From contig JAAYQC010000165.1 of NCBI GenBank assembly GCA_012519515.1, positions 1,753 to 65,752 of the forward strand: a DNA stretch of 64,000 nucleotides. Reading direction: 5' to 3'. Numbering within the stretch: position 1 is the first letter of the stretch; each line of letters starts with the position of its first letter. A program made the translations under genes and the position numbers. The notes under the pieces were generated by a model. The model searched no databases, was not told where the DNA came from, and saw only the letters and a list, made by a program, of their open reading frames with translations. Below, one piece after another: positions 18,170 through 28,288 of the stretch. The stretch is from Bacteroidales bacterium. GTDB taxonomy: Bacteria > Bacteroidota > Bacteroidia > Bacteroidales > VadinHA17.

Positions 18170-20896
18170 CTATTTTCCAAATTTGATCGATGCCTGTGCG
18201 GCAGCAAGTCTTGCAATCGGTACCCTGAAGGGGCTGCAACTTACATAGGTAAGTCCGTTCTTGAAGCAGAATTCTACTGATGCAGGGTCGCCTCCCTGTT
18301 CTCCGCATATTCCGATCTTCAGGTCGGGCTTGGTAGCACGTCCTTTCTGTACCGCCATCGTGATAAGCTGTCCGACGCCTTCCTGATCAATTGTCTGGAA
18401 CGGATCGGATGAAAGCATCTTTTTGTCGATATAATCGTGAAGGAATGCACCGATGTCGTCGCGGCTGAAACCAAATGTCATCTGTGTAAGGTCGTTTGTT
18501 CCGAACGAGAAGAAATCGGCCTCCTCAGCCATCTTGTCGGCAAGGAGGGTAGCCCTCGGTATTTCAATCATGGTTCCGTATTTGCAATCGATTTCCTTGA
18601 GTCCGTATTTTTTAAGAACTTCAGCATAGATTTCGTCGAACACTTTCCTCGTAACCGTAAGTTCTGAAACATCACAGGTAACCGGTACCATAAGTTCAGG
18701 TTTCGGATTCTTATTTTCCTTGATAAGTTCGGCTGTTGCCTCAAAGAGAGCACGGACCTGCATCTCGGTGATTTCCGGATATGTTATTCCGAGACGGACA
18801 CCACGGTGACCCATCATGGGGTTGGATTCGTGGAGAGCTTCTCCGCGTTTTACAACCTCCGATTTATCGATTCCAAGAGCAACGGCAAGTTCTTCCTGCT
18901 TTTCGGCTGAATGGGGAACGAACTCATGAAGCGGGGGGTCTATAAGCCTGAAAGTGACAGGCAGACCATCCATGGCTTCAAGAGTGGACTTAATGTCTTT
19001 TTTGACATAACTTGAAAGTTCTCCGAGAGCCGCACGGCGCTCAGCCTCAGTTGAGCTGAGAATCATTTTACGGATGAGGAAAAGAGGTTTTTCAGAACCT
19101 AACCCATAGAACATGTGCTCAATACGGAAAAGTCCGATACCTTCGGCACCAAAGTCACGTGAAACCTTTGCATCTTCTGCAGTGTCGGCATTGGCGCGGA
19201 CTCCCATTTCGCGGTATTTGTCGACCATATTCATGAAAGTCTGGAAACGGGGATTCTCCGAAGCATCCACCAGTTTGATCGATCCCAGGTATACATTGCC
19301 CTTTGTTCCGTTTATGGTAATGACATCACCTTCCTTGAGGACTACATCGGTACCGGCAACTTTAATCTTCTTGTTCTCGGTATCAATATGCAGGGCGCCT
19401 GCTCCCACGACACAGCATTTTCCCCAGCCGCGTGCAACGAGAGCAGCGTGTGAAGTCATTCCGCCGCGTGCGGTAAGAATACCTACTGCAGCCCTCATGC
19501 CTTCAACGTCCTCGGGATTGGTCTCTTCACGGACCATGATCACGTCGTGTCCCTGGCGGGTCCATACAACTGCATCATCTGCAGTGAATACTATTTTACC
19601 TACAGCGGCGCCGGGTCCGGCAGGAAGTCCTTTTGCTATGGCTTCCACTTTCTCCTCGGCTTTTGGATCGCAAATCGGGTGCAGAAGTTCATCAAGCTGA
19701 ACCGGATCGACACGAAGAACAGCTGTCTTCTCATCGATGAGTCCTTCCTTTATCATATCCATTGCCATATTGACGGCAGCCGTACCTGTCCTTTTTCCTA
19801 CACGGCACTGAAGCATGTAGAGCTTGTTTTCCTGAATGGTAAATTCGATATCAAGCATGTCGTGGAATGACTTCTCAAGGATGTTGCGGATTTCAACAAG
19901 CTCCTTGTAGGTCTCCGGCATCGTTTCTTCCATGCTGTGAAGATGCATGTTCTGCTCATTCTTGGTTGCATCGTTGAGAGGATTGGGGGTGCGGATACCT
20001 GCAACAACGTCTTCACCCTGTGCATTGACAAGCCATTCTCCGTAGAAGAGGTTTTCGCCGGTGGCAGGGTTACGGGTGAAAGCAACACCGGTAGCCGATG
20101 AGTCGCCCATGTTCCCGTATACCATGGCCTGAACGTTGACAGCCGTTCCCCAGTCATCAGGAATACCTTCAATACGACGGTATGATACAGCTTTCTTGCC
20201 GTTCCAGCTCTTGAAAACAGCCTTGATACTTCCTTCAAGCTGTTCCTTTGCATCATCCGGGAAAGGTTTGCCAAGAACCTGCTTTACCCTCTCCTTGAAT
20301 TTTTCGGAAAGATCCTTGAGTTCATCCGCGGTGATGTCGGTATCTGAAGAATAGCCTTTCTTTTTCTTGAAATCATCAAGCATCTCGTCGAGCTGCTTGC
20401 GGATACCTTTGCCCTCGGGGGCTTCAATGCCTTCTGCCTTCTCCATGACGACATCTGCATACATCATGATGAGACGGCGGTATGAATCCCATACGAAACG
20501 GGGATTGTTGGTCTTTTTGAGTATACCGGGAATGGTAGCGCTGCAAAGACCAATGTTGAGAACAGTATCCATCATGCCCGGCATCGATCTGCGTGCACCT
20601 GAACGGCATGAAACAAGAAGTGCATTCTCCGGATCACCGTACTTCATTCCCATCGTCTCTTCCATAAGCTTCATGGCTTCCCATACTTCCGGCATCAATT
20701 CCGCGGGAAGAGTGTGATTGTTTTCATAATACTCCACGCACGCATCAGTTGTGATGGTGAAACCGGCTGGAACCGGCAGACCCAGGAGGCACATCTCGGC
20801 AAGATTGGCTCCCTTACCGCCAAGTAGATTCTTCATATCTGCTTTACCCTCTGCAGTCTTGTTGCCAAAGGAATAAACTCTTTTTACTTTCGACAT
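18170..20896 (-). CDS. ppdK: pyruvate, phosphate dikinase
   Basis: 908 aa. GGMTSHAALVARGWGKCCV phospho-His domain, N-terminal ATP-grasp region and C-terminal PEP-utilising domain (FFSFGTNDLTQ). Confidence 0.97.
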   Translation of the reverse strand: MSKVKRVYSFGNKTAEGKADMKNLLGGKGANLAEMCLLGLPVPAGFTITTDACVEYYENNHTLPAELMPEVWEAMKLMEETMGMKYGDPENALLVSCRSGARRSMPGMMDTVLNIGLCSATIPGILKKTNNPRFVWDSYRRLIMMYADVVMEKAEGIEAPEGKGIRKQLDEMLDDFKKKKGYSSDTDITADELKDLSEKFKERVKQVLGKPFPDDAKEQLEGSIKAVFKSWNGKKAVSYRRIEGIPDDWGTAVNVQAMVYGNMGDSSATGVAFTRNPATGENLFYGEWLVNAQGEDVVAGIRTPNPLNDATKNEQNMHLHSMEETMPETYKELVEIRNILEKSFHDMLDIEFTIQENKLYMLQCRVGKRTGTAAVNMAMDMIKEGLIDEKTAVLRVDPVQLDELLHPICDPKAEEKVEAIAKGLPAGPGAAVGKIVFTADDAVVWTRQGHDVIMVREETNPEDVEGMRAAVGILTARGGMTSHAALVARGWGKCCVVGAGALHIDTENKKIKVAGTDVVLKEGDVITINGTKGNVYLGSIKLVDASENPRFQTFMNMVDKYREMGVRANADTAEDAKVSRDFGAEGIGLFRIEHMFYGLGSEKPLFLIRKMILSSTEAERRAALGELSSYVKKDIKSTLEAMDGLPVTFRLIDPPLHEFVPHSAEKQEELAVALGIDKSEVVKRGEALHESNPMMGHRGVRLGITYPEITEMQVRALFEATAELIKENKNPKPELMVPVTCDVSELTVTRKVFDEIYAEVLKKYGLKEIDCKYGTMIEIPRATLLADKMAEEADFFSFGTNDLTQMTFGFSRDDIGAFLHDYIDKKMLSSDPFQTIDQEGVGQLITMAVQKGRATKPDLKIGICGEQGGDPASVEFCFKNGLTYVSCSPFRVPIARLAAAQASIKFGK

Positions 20897-20996
20897 ACTT
20901 TTTAAAGATTATTTATTATGAATTTAATTATTACATCCGGAAAAATTAGATGCAAATTTAACATTAAAATTTGAATTTTTAAATAGCTCCGGAAAA

Positions 20997-21896
20997 TCAT
21001 GACCTTGGATGAAACATAATCAGGGTGTCGCGGAGAAAACTCCTGTCTATATGGGTGTAGATCTCTGTCGTCATTATCGATTCATGCCCAAGCATTTCCT
21101 GAACTGCCCGAAGGTCAGCTCCGGCTTCTATCATGTGTGTCGCAAAGGAGTGACGAAAGGTATGCGGACTTATCTTTTTCAGTATGCCTGCCTTCCCCGC
21201 AAGATCTCTTGTTATGGTAAATATCATTGACCGGGTGAGCTTCCTTCCGCGACGGTTGAGAAACACAATATTCTCATCATGTATCACCGGGATCCTGTTC
21301 CTGTCAATAGTGTAAAGGTCGATTTCCTTAAGAGCTTTCCTTCCTATGGGAACAAACCTTTGCTTGTTTCCTTTTCCTGTCACACTTACGAATCCTTCCC
21401 CGTAATGAATGTCGGTGAGCCTTAGGTTAACCAGTTCCGAGACCCTTAGCCCGCACCCGTAGAGCGTTTCGATGATAGCTTTGTTCCTATGACCGTCGGG
21501 CCGGCTGAGGTCAATAACTCCAACAATCCGGTCAATCTCGGTTACGGTAAGCACTTCGGGAAGCTTCAGCCCAAGCCTTGGCGATTCAAGAAGAGATGTG
21601 GGATTTTCAGTTATCTCACCATCAATGAGCAGAAACCTGTAAAAGGCCCTGATGCCAGATATTAGCCGGGCCTGAGTCCTGGCGCTGACCCAGCCTGATC
21701 CCTCCCGGTTGATAAACTCCCTGAGATCGTGATAAGTAAGTGATGAGGGTCCCTTTTTATTTCCTCCTTCCATGTCAAATTCCTCAAGCTTGCGGACATC
21801 GTTAAGATAGCCCGCGATGCTGTTCTCCGACAACGATTTCTCGAGCCTTAAATAGTTTTCAAAGTTCTTTGATGCGGTTTTCCAGGTGAGACTCAT
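20997..21896 (-). CDS. xerD: tyrosine recombinase XerD/XerC family
   Basis: N-terminal SAM-like domain (FENYLRLEKSLSENSI), catalytic region ...HTFRHSFATHM...GHESIMTTEIYTH. The start at MSLTWK is preferred. Confidence 0.85.
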   Translation of the reverse strand: MSLTWKTASKNFENYLRLEKSLSENSIAGYLNDVRKLEEFDMEGGNKKGPSSLTYHDLREFINREGSGWVSARTQARLISGIRAFYRFLLIDGEITENPTSLLESPRLGLKLPEVLTVTEIDRIVGVIDLSRPDGHRNKAIIETLYGCGLRVSELVNLRLTDIHYGEGFVSVTGKGNKQRFVPIGRKALKEIDLYTIDRNRIPVIHDENIVFLNRRGRKLTRSMIFTITRDLAGKAGILKKISPHTFRHSFATHMIEAGADLRAVQEMLGHESIMTTEIYTHIDRSFLRDTLIMFHPRS

Positions 21897-22005
21897 AGAA
21901 TTATTGATCAAATACCCTGCAAGGTAATACAAAGTAAATCAGAAGCGCAGGTTTTAACCTGAGATATTTTAGTATTTTTACACGTTGAAATACTGAGTTA
22001 ATACT

Positions 22006-22446
22006 ATGAAAGTTCAGATAATCAACGGACCAAACCTTAATCTCCTGGGAAAACGGGAACCCGGCAAATACGGAAGCGAATCGTTTGAGGAACGTCTGGA
22101 AAAACTCAGGAAGCTATTTCCCGAAGTCTCCATCGATTATTTCCAGTCAAATGTCGAAGGCGAAATCATTAACAGGATACACGAAACAGGTTTTTCATAC
22201 GACGGGATAGTAATAAATCCGGGTGCCTACACCCATACCTCGGTCGCCATTGCCGATGCAGTGGCAGCAGTTAAGAGCCCGGTAATAGAGGTTCATATCA
22301 CCAATATTGCTGCAAGGGAGGAATTCAGGCACAACAGCCTGGTGGGGAGATATTGCGCCGGAAGTATTGTAGGCCTGGGTCTGGACGGATACAGGCTTGC
22401 CATTGAAGCCCTGAAGGAAATGAAAAAGAACTTGAAAACAGAATGA
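22006..22446 (+). CDS. aroQ: type II 3-dehydroquinate dehydratase
   Basis: INGPNLNLLGKREP, NPGAYTHTSVA, EVHITNI. Confidence 0.95.
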   Translation: MKVQIINGPNLNLLGKREPGKYGSESFEERLEKLRKLFPEVSIDYFQSNVEGEIINRIHETGFSYDGIVINPGAYTHTSVAIADAVAAVKSPVIEVHITNIAAREEFRHNSLVGRYCAGSIVGLGLDGYRLAIEALKEMKKNLKTE

Positions 22447-23876
22447 TGAAAAAGAAAAGAACAAAGATTGTTGCAACCATTTCAGACAAGAACTGTGAGC
22501 CTGAGTTCATTTCGGAACTTTATCAGGCCGGCATGGATGTGATAAGGATCAATTCGGCCCATCTCGAAATTGAAGGAGCTCTCAGGATAATAAGGAATGC
22601 ACACAGCGTTTCCGACAAGATAGGCATTCTTATAGATACGAAAGGGCCGGAGATCAGAACCACCTCATGCGATGCTCCGATCGAACTGGTAAAGGGAGAA
22701 AAGGTGATGATGGCCGGCAATCCGGACGAAAAATCCCGCGGCGGGCTGATCAATGTGTCGTATACAGGTTTTGTCACCGACGTTCCGGAAGGAGCCAGAA
22801 TACTTATCGACGACGGCGATATCGCGCTCAGGGCGGTCAGGCGTGAGGGTAGCCTTCTTGAATGCGTGGTGGAAAGCGGCGGTATGCTTGGCTCAAGAAA
22901 AAGCGTTAATATTCCGGGAATCAGAATATGCCTACCGTCACTTACCGAAAAGGACAAGAGATTTATCAGGATGGCTGTTGAAAACGATGTCGATTTTATA
23001 GCTCACTCTTTCGTAAGGACTAAGCAGGATGTGATTGATGTGAAGGCTTTGCTCGATGAGTATGGAAGCTTCATAAAGATTATTGCTAAAATAGAAAATG
23101 AGGAGGGTGTTAACAATATAGATGAGATACTTGAGCATGTATACGGGATAATGGTGGCAAGAGGAGATCTTGGCATAGAAATACCATATGAAAAAATTCC
23201 GGGGATACAGAAGAATATCATCTCGAAATGCATTACGGCAAGGAAGCCGGTCATCGTTGCAACTCAGATGCTTCATTCGATGATAAAGAATCCGCGGCCA
23301 ACCAGGGCCGAGATAAGCGATGTGGCAAGCGCCATCTATTCCCAGACCGACGCCCTGATGCTGAGCGGGGAGACAGCCGCCGGCTTGTACCCTGTGGAAG
23401 CAGTTAAAACAATGACACGCGTAGCTCTTGAGGTTGAGGAAAATAAGGAGAAATTCCTTGAACTGCCAACCTCGGGAATTAACAGCGAGATTTCATCATA
23501 CCTGGCAAAAGTGGCCGTAGAAACTTCGGTGAGAGTGAATGCCAAAGCAATAATTGCAGATACTATCAAAGGCAGAACAATAAGGGATATGGCTGCATAC
23601 AGAGGATACAATATGATACTTGCCAGGTGCTATCTTGCCAGCACAATGAGGCAGATGGCCCTTTCGTACGGGGTGTACGCGAGTTTCCAGGAAAAAAGAA
23701 GATCGGTGGATGATTTTATCAGAATGGCACTTTCTGACCTCATTGGGAAAAATGAGATATGCAATGAAGACCTCGTGGTGATACTGGCAGGAAACTTTTC
23801 AGGGCCTGCCGGATTCTCGTTCATGGAAGTCGGCTCGGCAGGCTATCTCAAGAACAGGGTTGAGGATGCCGGTTGA
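22443..23876 (+). CDS. pyk: pyruvate kinase
   Basis: TKIVATI..., MDVIRINSAH, MVARGDLGIE, SGETAAG. Overlaps the aroQ stop by 4 nt. Confidence 0.95.
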   Translation: MMKKKRTKIVATISDKNCEPEFISELYQAGMDVIRINSAHLEIEGALRIIRNAHSVSDKIGILIDTKGPEIRTTSCDAPIELVKGEKVMMAGNPDEKSRGGLINVSYTGFVTDVPEGARILIDDGDIALRAVRREGSLLECVVESGGMLGSRKSVNIPGIRICLPSLTEKDKRFIRMAVENDVDFIAHSFVRTKQDVIDVKALLDEYGSFIKIIAKIENEEGVNNIDEILEHVYGIMVARGDLGIEIPYEKIPGIQKNIISKCITARKPVIVATQMLHSMIKNPRPTRAEISDVASAIYSQTDALMLSGETAAGLYPVEAVKTMTRVALEVEENKEKFLELPTSGINSEISSYLAKVAVETSVRVNAKAIIADTIKGRTIRDMAAYRGYNMILARCYLASTMRQMALSYGVYASFQEKRRSVDDFIRMALSDLIGKNEICNEDLVVILAGNFSGPAGFSFMEVGSAGYLKNRVEDAG

Positions 23877-23932
23877 TAGTTATTAATGGTCTGATTTTTG
23901 AGGAAGCTTAATGTGCCTAACCCTTGATTTGG

Positions 23933-24412
23933 ATGATCAGATTTTTGCTTTTGTCGCTATGGCTGGGATTTCATCCGGTGCACGTCTCACTTATGAGCAT
24001 CGACTATTCACCCGATGATAAGGCATTTAATATGTTCCTTATGGTATACTTTGATGATTTCCTGCTCGACGCGGGGCTTGGAACTGAAGAGGATAACAAC
24101 CTGGATTTTTCAGGAAGCAATGAGCATGTGAAAACAATATTGACTGATTATGTGAACGAAAAGGTAAGGATAACCGTTAATGGTGATCCGGTAAAGGCGG
24201 AACTAGGAACTATGAGCCTGTCGGACAATGAACTGAGAATGAATCTTTCTTTCGGTTCTGCTGACAGGGTCAGATCGGTGAATGTGAAAAACACTATATT
24301 GACTTCAATCTATAACGATCAGGCAAATATGCTGATTGTCAAGGTAAATGATTTTGAGGAAGCTGCCAGGCTCACTGCCCTGGAGACGGAAAAGACGTTT
24401 GAAATACAATAA
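23933..24412 (+). CDS. hypothetical protein (possibly DUF6702-like)
   Basis: Hydrophobic N-terminus followed by HPVHVSLMSIDY. I recall a similar H..HVS..I.Y opening in a Bacteroidota DUF family, but the assignment is tentative. Confidence 0.5.
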   Translation: MIRFLLLSLWLGFHPVHVSLMSIDYSPDDKAFNMFLMVYFDDFLLDAGLGTEEDNNLDFSGSNEHVKTILTDYVNEKVRITVNGDPVKAELGTMSLSDNELRMNLSFGSADRVRSVNVKNTILTSIYNDQANMLIVKVNDFEEAARLTALETEKTFEIQ

Positions 24413-24423
24413 TTTAAAGGATA

Positions 24424-27057
24424 ATGAGGAGTATAGTAAAGACATTATATACGAAGATAATATTGATTGTTGCCCTTTTGCTGACCTGTTTCGGAAATGC
24501 CTGGGCAACTCATAACAGGGCGGGAGAAATCACTTATGTGCAGTTGTCGGATCTTACATTCGAGATAACCATAACGACCTATACCTACACCTTAAGCTAT
24601 GCTGACAGGGATGAGCTTGAAGTTGAATGGGGCGATAATTCAACATCAGTGGCACCAAGGAACAGCTATGTGTTTCTGCCGAACTATTACAAAAGGAATA
24701 TCTATAAGACCACTCATACCTATCCCGGCCCCGGTGTATACAAGATAGTGGTGCAGGATCCCAACAGAAACGCTGATGTAATAAATATTCCGAATTCGGT
24801 GAATGTGGTTTTCTCCATAACCACAACCCTGATAGTGAATCCTTCAATCGGAAGAAACAGCACTCCGGTACTTCTCAATCCACCCTACGACAAGGCAGCC
24901 AGGGGACATGTGTTCATTCATAATCCGGGAGCCTACGATCCTGACGGCGACAGCCTTTCGTACGCACTCACGACATGTACCCGTGAGGACGGTAAACCCA
25001 TCGAGAACTACACCCTTCCTCCTGCAACCGAATATATCAGGGTCGACGCCCTTACAGGAGACCTGGTTTGGCGCACTCCCAGAGATACAGGGGCGTATAA
25101 TGTTGCCATGGAGATTCAGGAATGGCGCTATGGGAAAAAAATAGGAGTGGTGGTAAGGGATATTCAGATCAATGTGTACGACACGGATAACAAACCTCCT
25201 GTTATCGGACCGCTTTCCAGCAGATGCGTTGAAGCCGGCTCGGTGGTCGATTTCCTGGTTTCTGCCACCGATCCCAATAATGATCTGCTTCGGCTCTCAT
25301 CAACTTCAGGAATTTATAGTCTTGATCCATGCCGGGCTACATTCACGAAAGTCGACTCGGTTGAAGGATTCTATTCATCCCGCTTCAGGTGGGAAACATG
25401 CTATGAGGCAGTAAGAAACCAGCCTTATGACATAATAATAAAGGCCGATGATTACAACAGTGATCAGAATCTTTCCGACATCGACAATTTCCAGATAAAA
25501 GTCCTGGGTCCGTCACCGGTACTGACCGGCTTATCGCCCGCGGGCAAATTCATGAGGCTGGAATGGAACGATTACGGAACCGATGCCATAATGGGATTCA
25601 ATATTTACAGGAGGGAAGGATCTTCTTCCTTTACACCCGATACATGCATGCCTGGAATTCCTGCATCGGCAGGATATGAGAAAGTTGGATATATTGAAGG
25701 AAATTCCACCGTTTCCTACCTCGATACCAACTCAGGAGAGGGACTGGAGTTCAACAAGGAATACTCGTACAGGATCACAGCCGTTTTTAAAAACCTTGCC
25801 GAGAGTAAAGCCTCCAACGAACTTGTCTCGTCGCTGGTTTCGGGAATTCCCTTGATAACCAACGTAAGCGTAAGGTCAACCTCGGCAACCAACGGCTCGA
25901 TAGTTATAAGGTGGAGAAGGCCCGACAGGCTTGATACCATCCCGGCTCCCGGTCCCTGGGAGTATATAATCTCGAGGGCCGACGGTGTGACCGGTACCAA
26001 TTACACGCGAATAAGGACAATCAGTACATCTACCCTTAATGAAACATCCCATGTCGATACTCTTATAAACACTGTCGACAGGGGATATATTTACAGGATA
26101 GAGTTGTACAACAATACTCCGGGCAACAGGTTCCTGATAGGAGAGCCCGGATATGCATCCTCTCTTTACCTGACTGCAAACCCTGGCGACCGTAAGGTCC
26201 GTTTCGTGATCAGCCGTAACGTTCCCTGGGTAAACACGAGGTACGACTTCTTCAGACTTAACAGGACAACCATGGCCTACGATTCTATCGGTACTTCCAA
26301 TATTCTTGAATTTACCGATACGGGACTGGTGAACGGCACGGAGTATTGTTACATGGTCAGATCGACTGGAGGATATGCATCGGCAGGCATGCCCGGGAAT
26401 CTGTTAAACTTTTCACAGCGAACCTGTGTAATTCCTGTCGACAATGAAGCTCCCTGCCAGCCGGCAATTACAGTTACAAGCCAGTGCGACAGCCTCTACA
26501 ACAATGTACGCTGGAGTATTACCGATCAGGATTGCCTTGATGACGTGGCAGGATACAATATATATTATAAGTTGCTAACAGAAGAGCCCATGTCGTTGCT
26601 GACGGTTATCAACGACAGGAATACTTTCAGCTACAAACATTATCCGGGTGAGATTGTTTCAGGGTGTTACGCGGTTTCGGCATTTGATGAGATGGGGAAC
26701 GAAAGCCTGAAATCGGTTATGATCTGCGTCGACTCCTGCAATTTCTACGAGATACCGAATGTGTTCACTCCAAACGGGGATGATATAAACGACTGGCTTA
26801 GGGCCAAAACATCAGGACTGGTGGAAAAGGTCGATTTCAAATTGTTCAACCGTTACGGGGTGCTTATCTTTCAGACCGATGAACCGAGAATAAATTGGGA
26901 CGGCACCTACAATGGAAAGATAGTATCGCCGGGAGTTTACTTCTACCAGTGCGATGTTTTTGAAAGAAGGATAACGGGACTTGAGCAGTTCCATCTTTCG
27001 GGATTTGTTCATGTCATTACTGAAAAGGGGGCAACGGTCACCAGACCGGATTATTGA
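24424..27057 (+). CDS. large secreted protein with T9SS type-B (gliding-motility-associated) C-terminal sorting domain
   Basis: 877 aa with a signal peptide and Ig/FN3-like repeats. C-terminus YEIPNVFTPNGDDINDWL...INWDGTYNGK...GVYFY matches the type-B CTD signature. Confidence 0.85.
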   Translation: MRSIVKTLYTKIILIVALLLTCFGNAWATHNRAGEITYVQLSDLTFEITITTYTYTLSYADRDELEVEWGDNSTSVAPRNSYVFLPNYYKRNIYKTTHTYPGPGVYKIVVQDPNRNADVINIPNSVNVVFSITTTLIVNPSIGRNSTPVLLNPPYDKAARGHVFIHNPGAYDPDGDSLSYALTTCTREDGKPIENYTLPPATEYIRVDALTGDLVWRTPRDTGAYNVAMEIQEWRYGKKIGVVVRDIQINVYDTDNKPPVIGPLSSRCVEAGSVVDFLVSATDPNNDLLRLSSTSGIYSLDPCRATFTKVDSVEGFYSSRFRWETCYEAVRNQPYDIIIKADDYNSDQNLSDIDNFQIKVLGPSPVLTGLSPAGKFMRLEWNDYGTDAIMGFNIYRREGSSSFTPDTCMPGIPASAGYEKVGYIEGNSTVSYLDTNSGEGLEFNKEYSYRITAVFKNLAESKASNELVSSLVSGIPLITNVSVRSTSATNGSIVIRWRRPDRLDTIPAPGPWEYIISRADGVTGTNYTRIRTISTSTLNETSHVDTLINTVDRGYIYRIELYNNTPGNRFLIGEPGYASSLYLTANPGDRKVRFVISRNVPWVNTRYDFFRLNRTTMAYDSIGTSNILEFTDTGLVNGTEYCYMVRSTGGYASAGMPGNLLNFSQRTCVIPVDNEAPCQPAITVTSQCDSLYNNVRWSITDQDCLDDVAGYNIYYKLLTEEPMSLLTVINDRNTFSYKHYPGEIVSGCYAVSAFDEMGNESLKSVMICVDSCNFYEIPNVFTPNGDDINDWLRAKTSGLVEKVDFKLFNRYGVLIFQTDEPRINWDGTYNGKIVSPGVYFYQCDVFERRITGLEQFHLSGFVHVITEKGATVTRPDY

Positions 27058-27067
27058 TCAAACAGAC

Positions 27068-28276
27068 ATGATGATGAAAAGGATATTGTTGTTGATATTT
27101 ATCGCGCTTTTAACCGCGGGACTGAAGGGGCAGACAAAATCGGATTTCCTTATGGAAGGGCGGGCTCTTACCGAAAGAGGAAAAACAGCTGAGGCGGCAG
27201 CCCTGTTATCGCGGGCGCTGGAGAGTTACCCTGACAGGGATGTCTATCTCACCAGGGCCGAAGCATTCCTTGCCGGGGATGATTACTCGGGGGCAATAAA
27301 CGATTACAATTCAGCAAACCGTGTTTCGCCGGGATCAGGTGAGTACGGACTGGCAAGAATCTATGCCCTGAAGGGAGATGCGACAACAGCCGTATACCAT
27401 CTTGAATTGTGCCTTGGATCAAAATACAGGAGGAGCGAAAGGGAAATAATGCTCGACCCTGCATTCAGCCTCCTGGAAAACCGTCCCGAATGGCGTCAGT
27501 TCTGGAGGAAGGATATCTATACTTCCCTTGAGAAAGGAATAGCTGAAATTGAATACAACCTGTCGACCGGAAGGGTTACGGATGCGAAATCGCTGTTCAC
27601 TGAACTCAGGGCTGGCTATCCGGAGAGTGACGAACTGGCTTATGCAGGCGCCATGATAAGCTTCTCGGAGAAGAAGTATCCCGAATCGCTGAAAGCTCTT
27701 GATGCACTGCTGGCTGAAGAACCGGATAATGAAAAATATCTCAGGCTTCTTGCAAGAAATCAGGAAGCATCGGGGAACCCTGCAGGCGCTTCATCAACCT
27801 ACACCCGTCTTTTGAATGCAGGCGCCGGAGAGCCTGAACTGCTTATGCTCAGGGCGGAATGCTACAGGAAGACGGGAGAAACTGACAGGGCGCTGAAGGA
27901 TGTTGTCAGATATCTTGATCTTTATCCGGGAGAAAAAAAGGCTCTGGGCCGGGCAGGAAAACTTGCCGCGGCTTCGGGCGACAATCTCCTGGCCCTTACA
28001 TATTTCTCGGAAAATCTCAGGCTGCACCCTCATGACGCTGAGTGCTACATCGACAGGGCTAATGCATATTTCGTGTCTAATTCGTGGGAATTTGCGGCGA
28101 AGGATTACAGCATGGCACTCGACCTTCAGCCCCAAAACCCTGATGCATGGCTGAATATGGGAATTTCACGGCTCAGCATGGGCAACAGGGAAGGTGCATG
28201 CTTTGATTTTAAAAAAGCTTTCAACCAGGGAAATAAAAAAGCAACGGAATACATCAGCAGAAACTGTATAAAATAA
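27068..28276 (+). CDS. tetratricopeptide-repeat protein with signal peptide
   Basis: MMMKRILLLIFIALLTAGLKGQ followed by multiple TPR-like helices (A..Y..AL...P....). The ATG at 27068 is preferred over the listed start at 26981. Confidence 0.8.
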   Translation: MMMKRILLLIFIALLTAGLKGQTKSDFLMEGRALTERGKTAEAAALLSRALESYPDRDVYLTRAEAFLAGDDYSGAINDYNSANRVSPGSGEYGLARIYALKGDATTAVYHLELCLGSKYRRSEREIMLDPAFSLLENRPEWRQFWRKDIYTSLEKGIAEIEYNLSTGRVTDAKSLFTELRAGYPESDELAYAGAMISFSEKKYPESLKALDALLAEEPDNEKYLRLLARNQEASGNPAGASSTYTRLLNAGAGEPELLMLRAECYRKTGETDRALKDVVRYLDLYPGEKKALGRAGKLAAASGDNLLALTYFSENLRLHPHDAECYIDRANAYFVSNSWEFAAKDYSMALDLQPQNPDAWLNMGISRLSMGNREGACFDFKKAFNQGNKKATEYISRNCIK

Positions 28277-28288
28277 GCTGGCACGGGG

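Noticed and set aside
17172-20717. Many 60-195-aa ORFs antisense to or out of frame with pckA and ppdK (e.g. 17172..17660, 17446..17988, 19113..19700, 19798..20274)
   Set aside because: They are fully embedded in strongly supported long genes, have low-complexity or Ser/Arg/Pro-rich translations, and no recognisable motifs. The same applies to shadow ORFs inside htpG, pyk, the histidine kinase, mmdA, citF, pepD and the acyl-CoA synthetase.
20997-21932. Tyrosine recombinase considered as the integrase of a mobile element
   Set aside because: It has the XerD-type N-terminal domain and sits in the housekeeping xerD-aroQ-pyk context. There are no flanking repeats, cargo genes or compositional shift.
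26981-27067. Upstream extensions of the TPR gene (and likewise 41680-41763 for the FadL-like gene, 14098-14163 for rubrerythrin, 55946-56005 for rubredoxin, 21897-21932 for xerD)
   Set aside because: The internal Met codons give canonical signal peptides or family-typical N-termini. The extensions overlap upstream genes or non-coding sequence.
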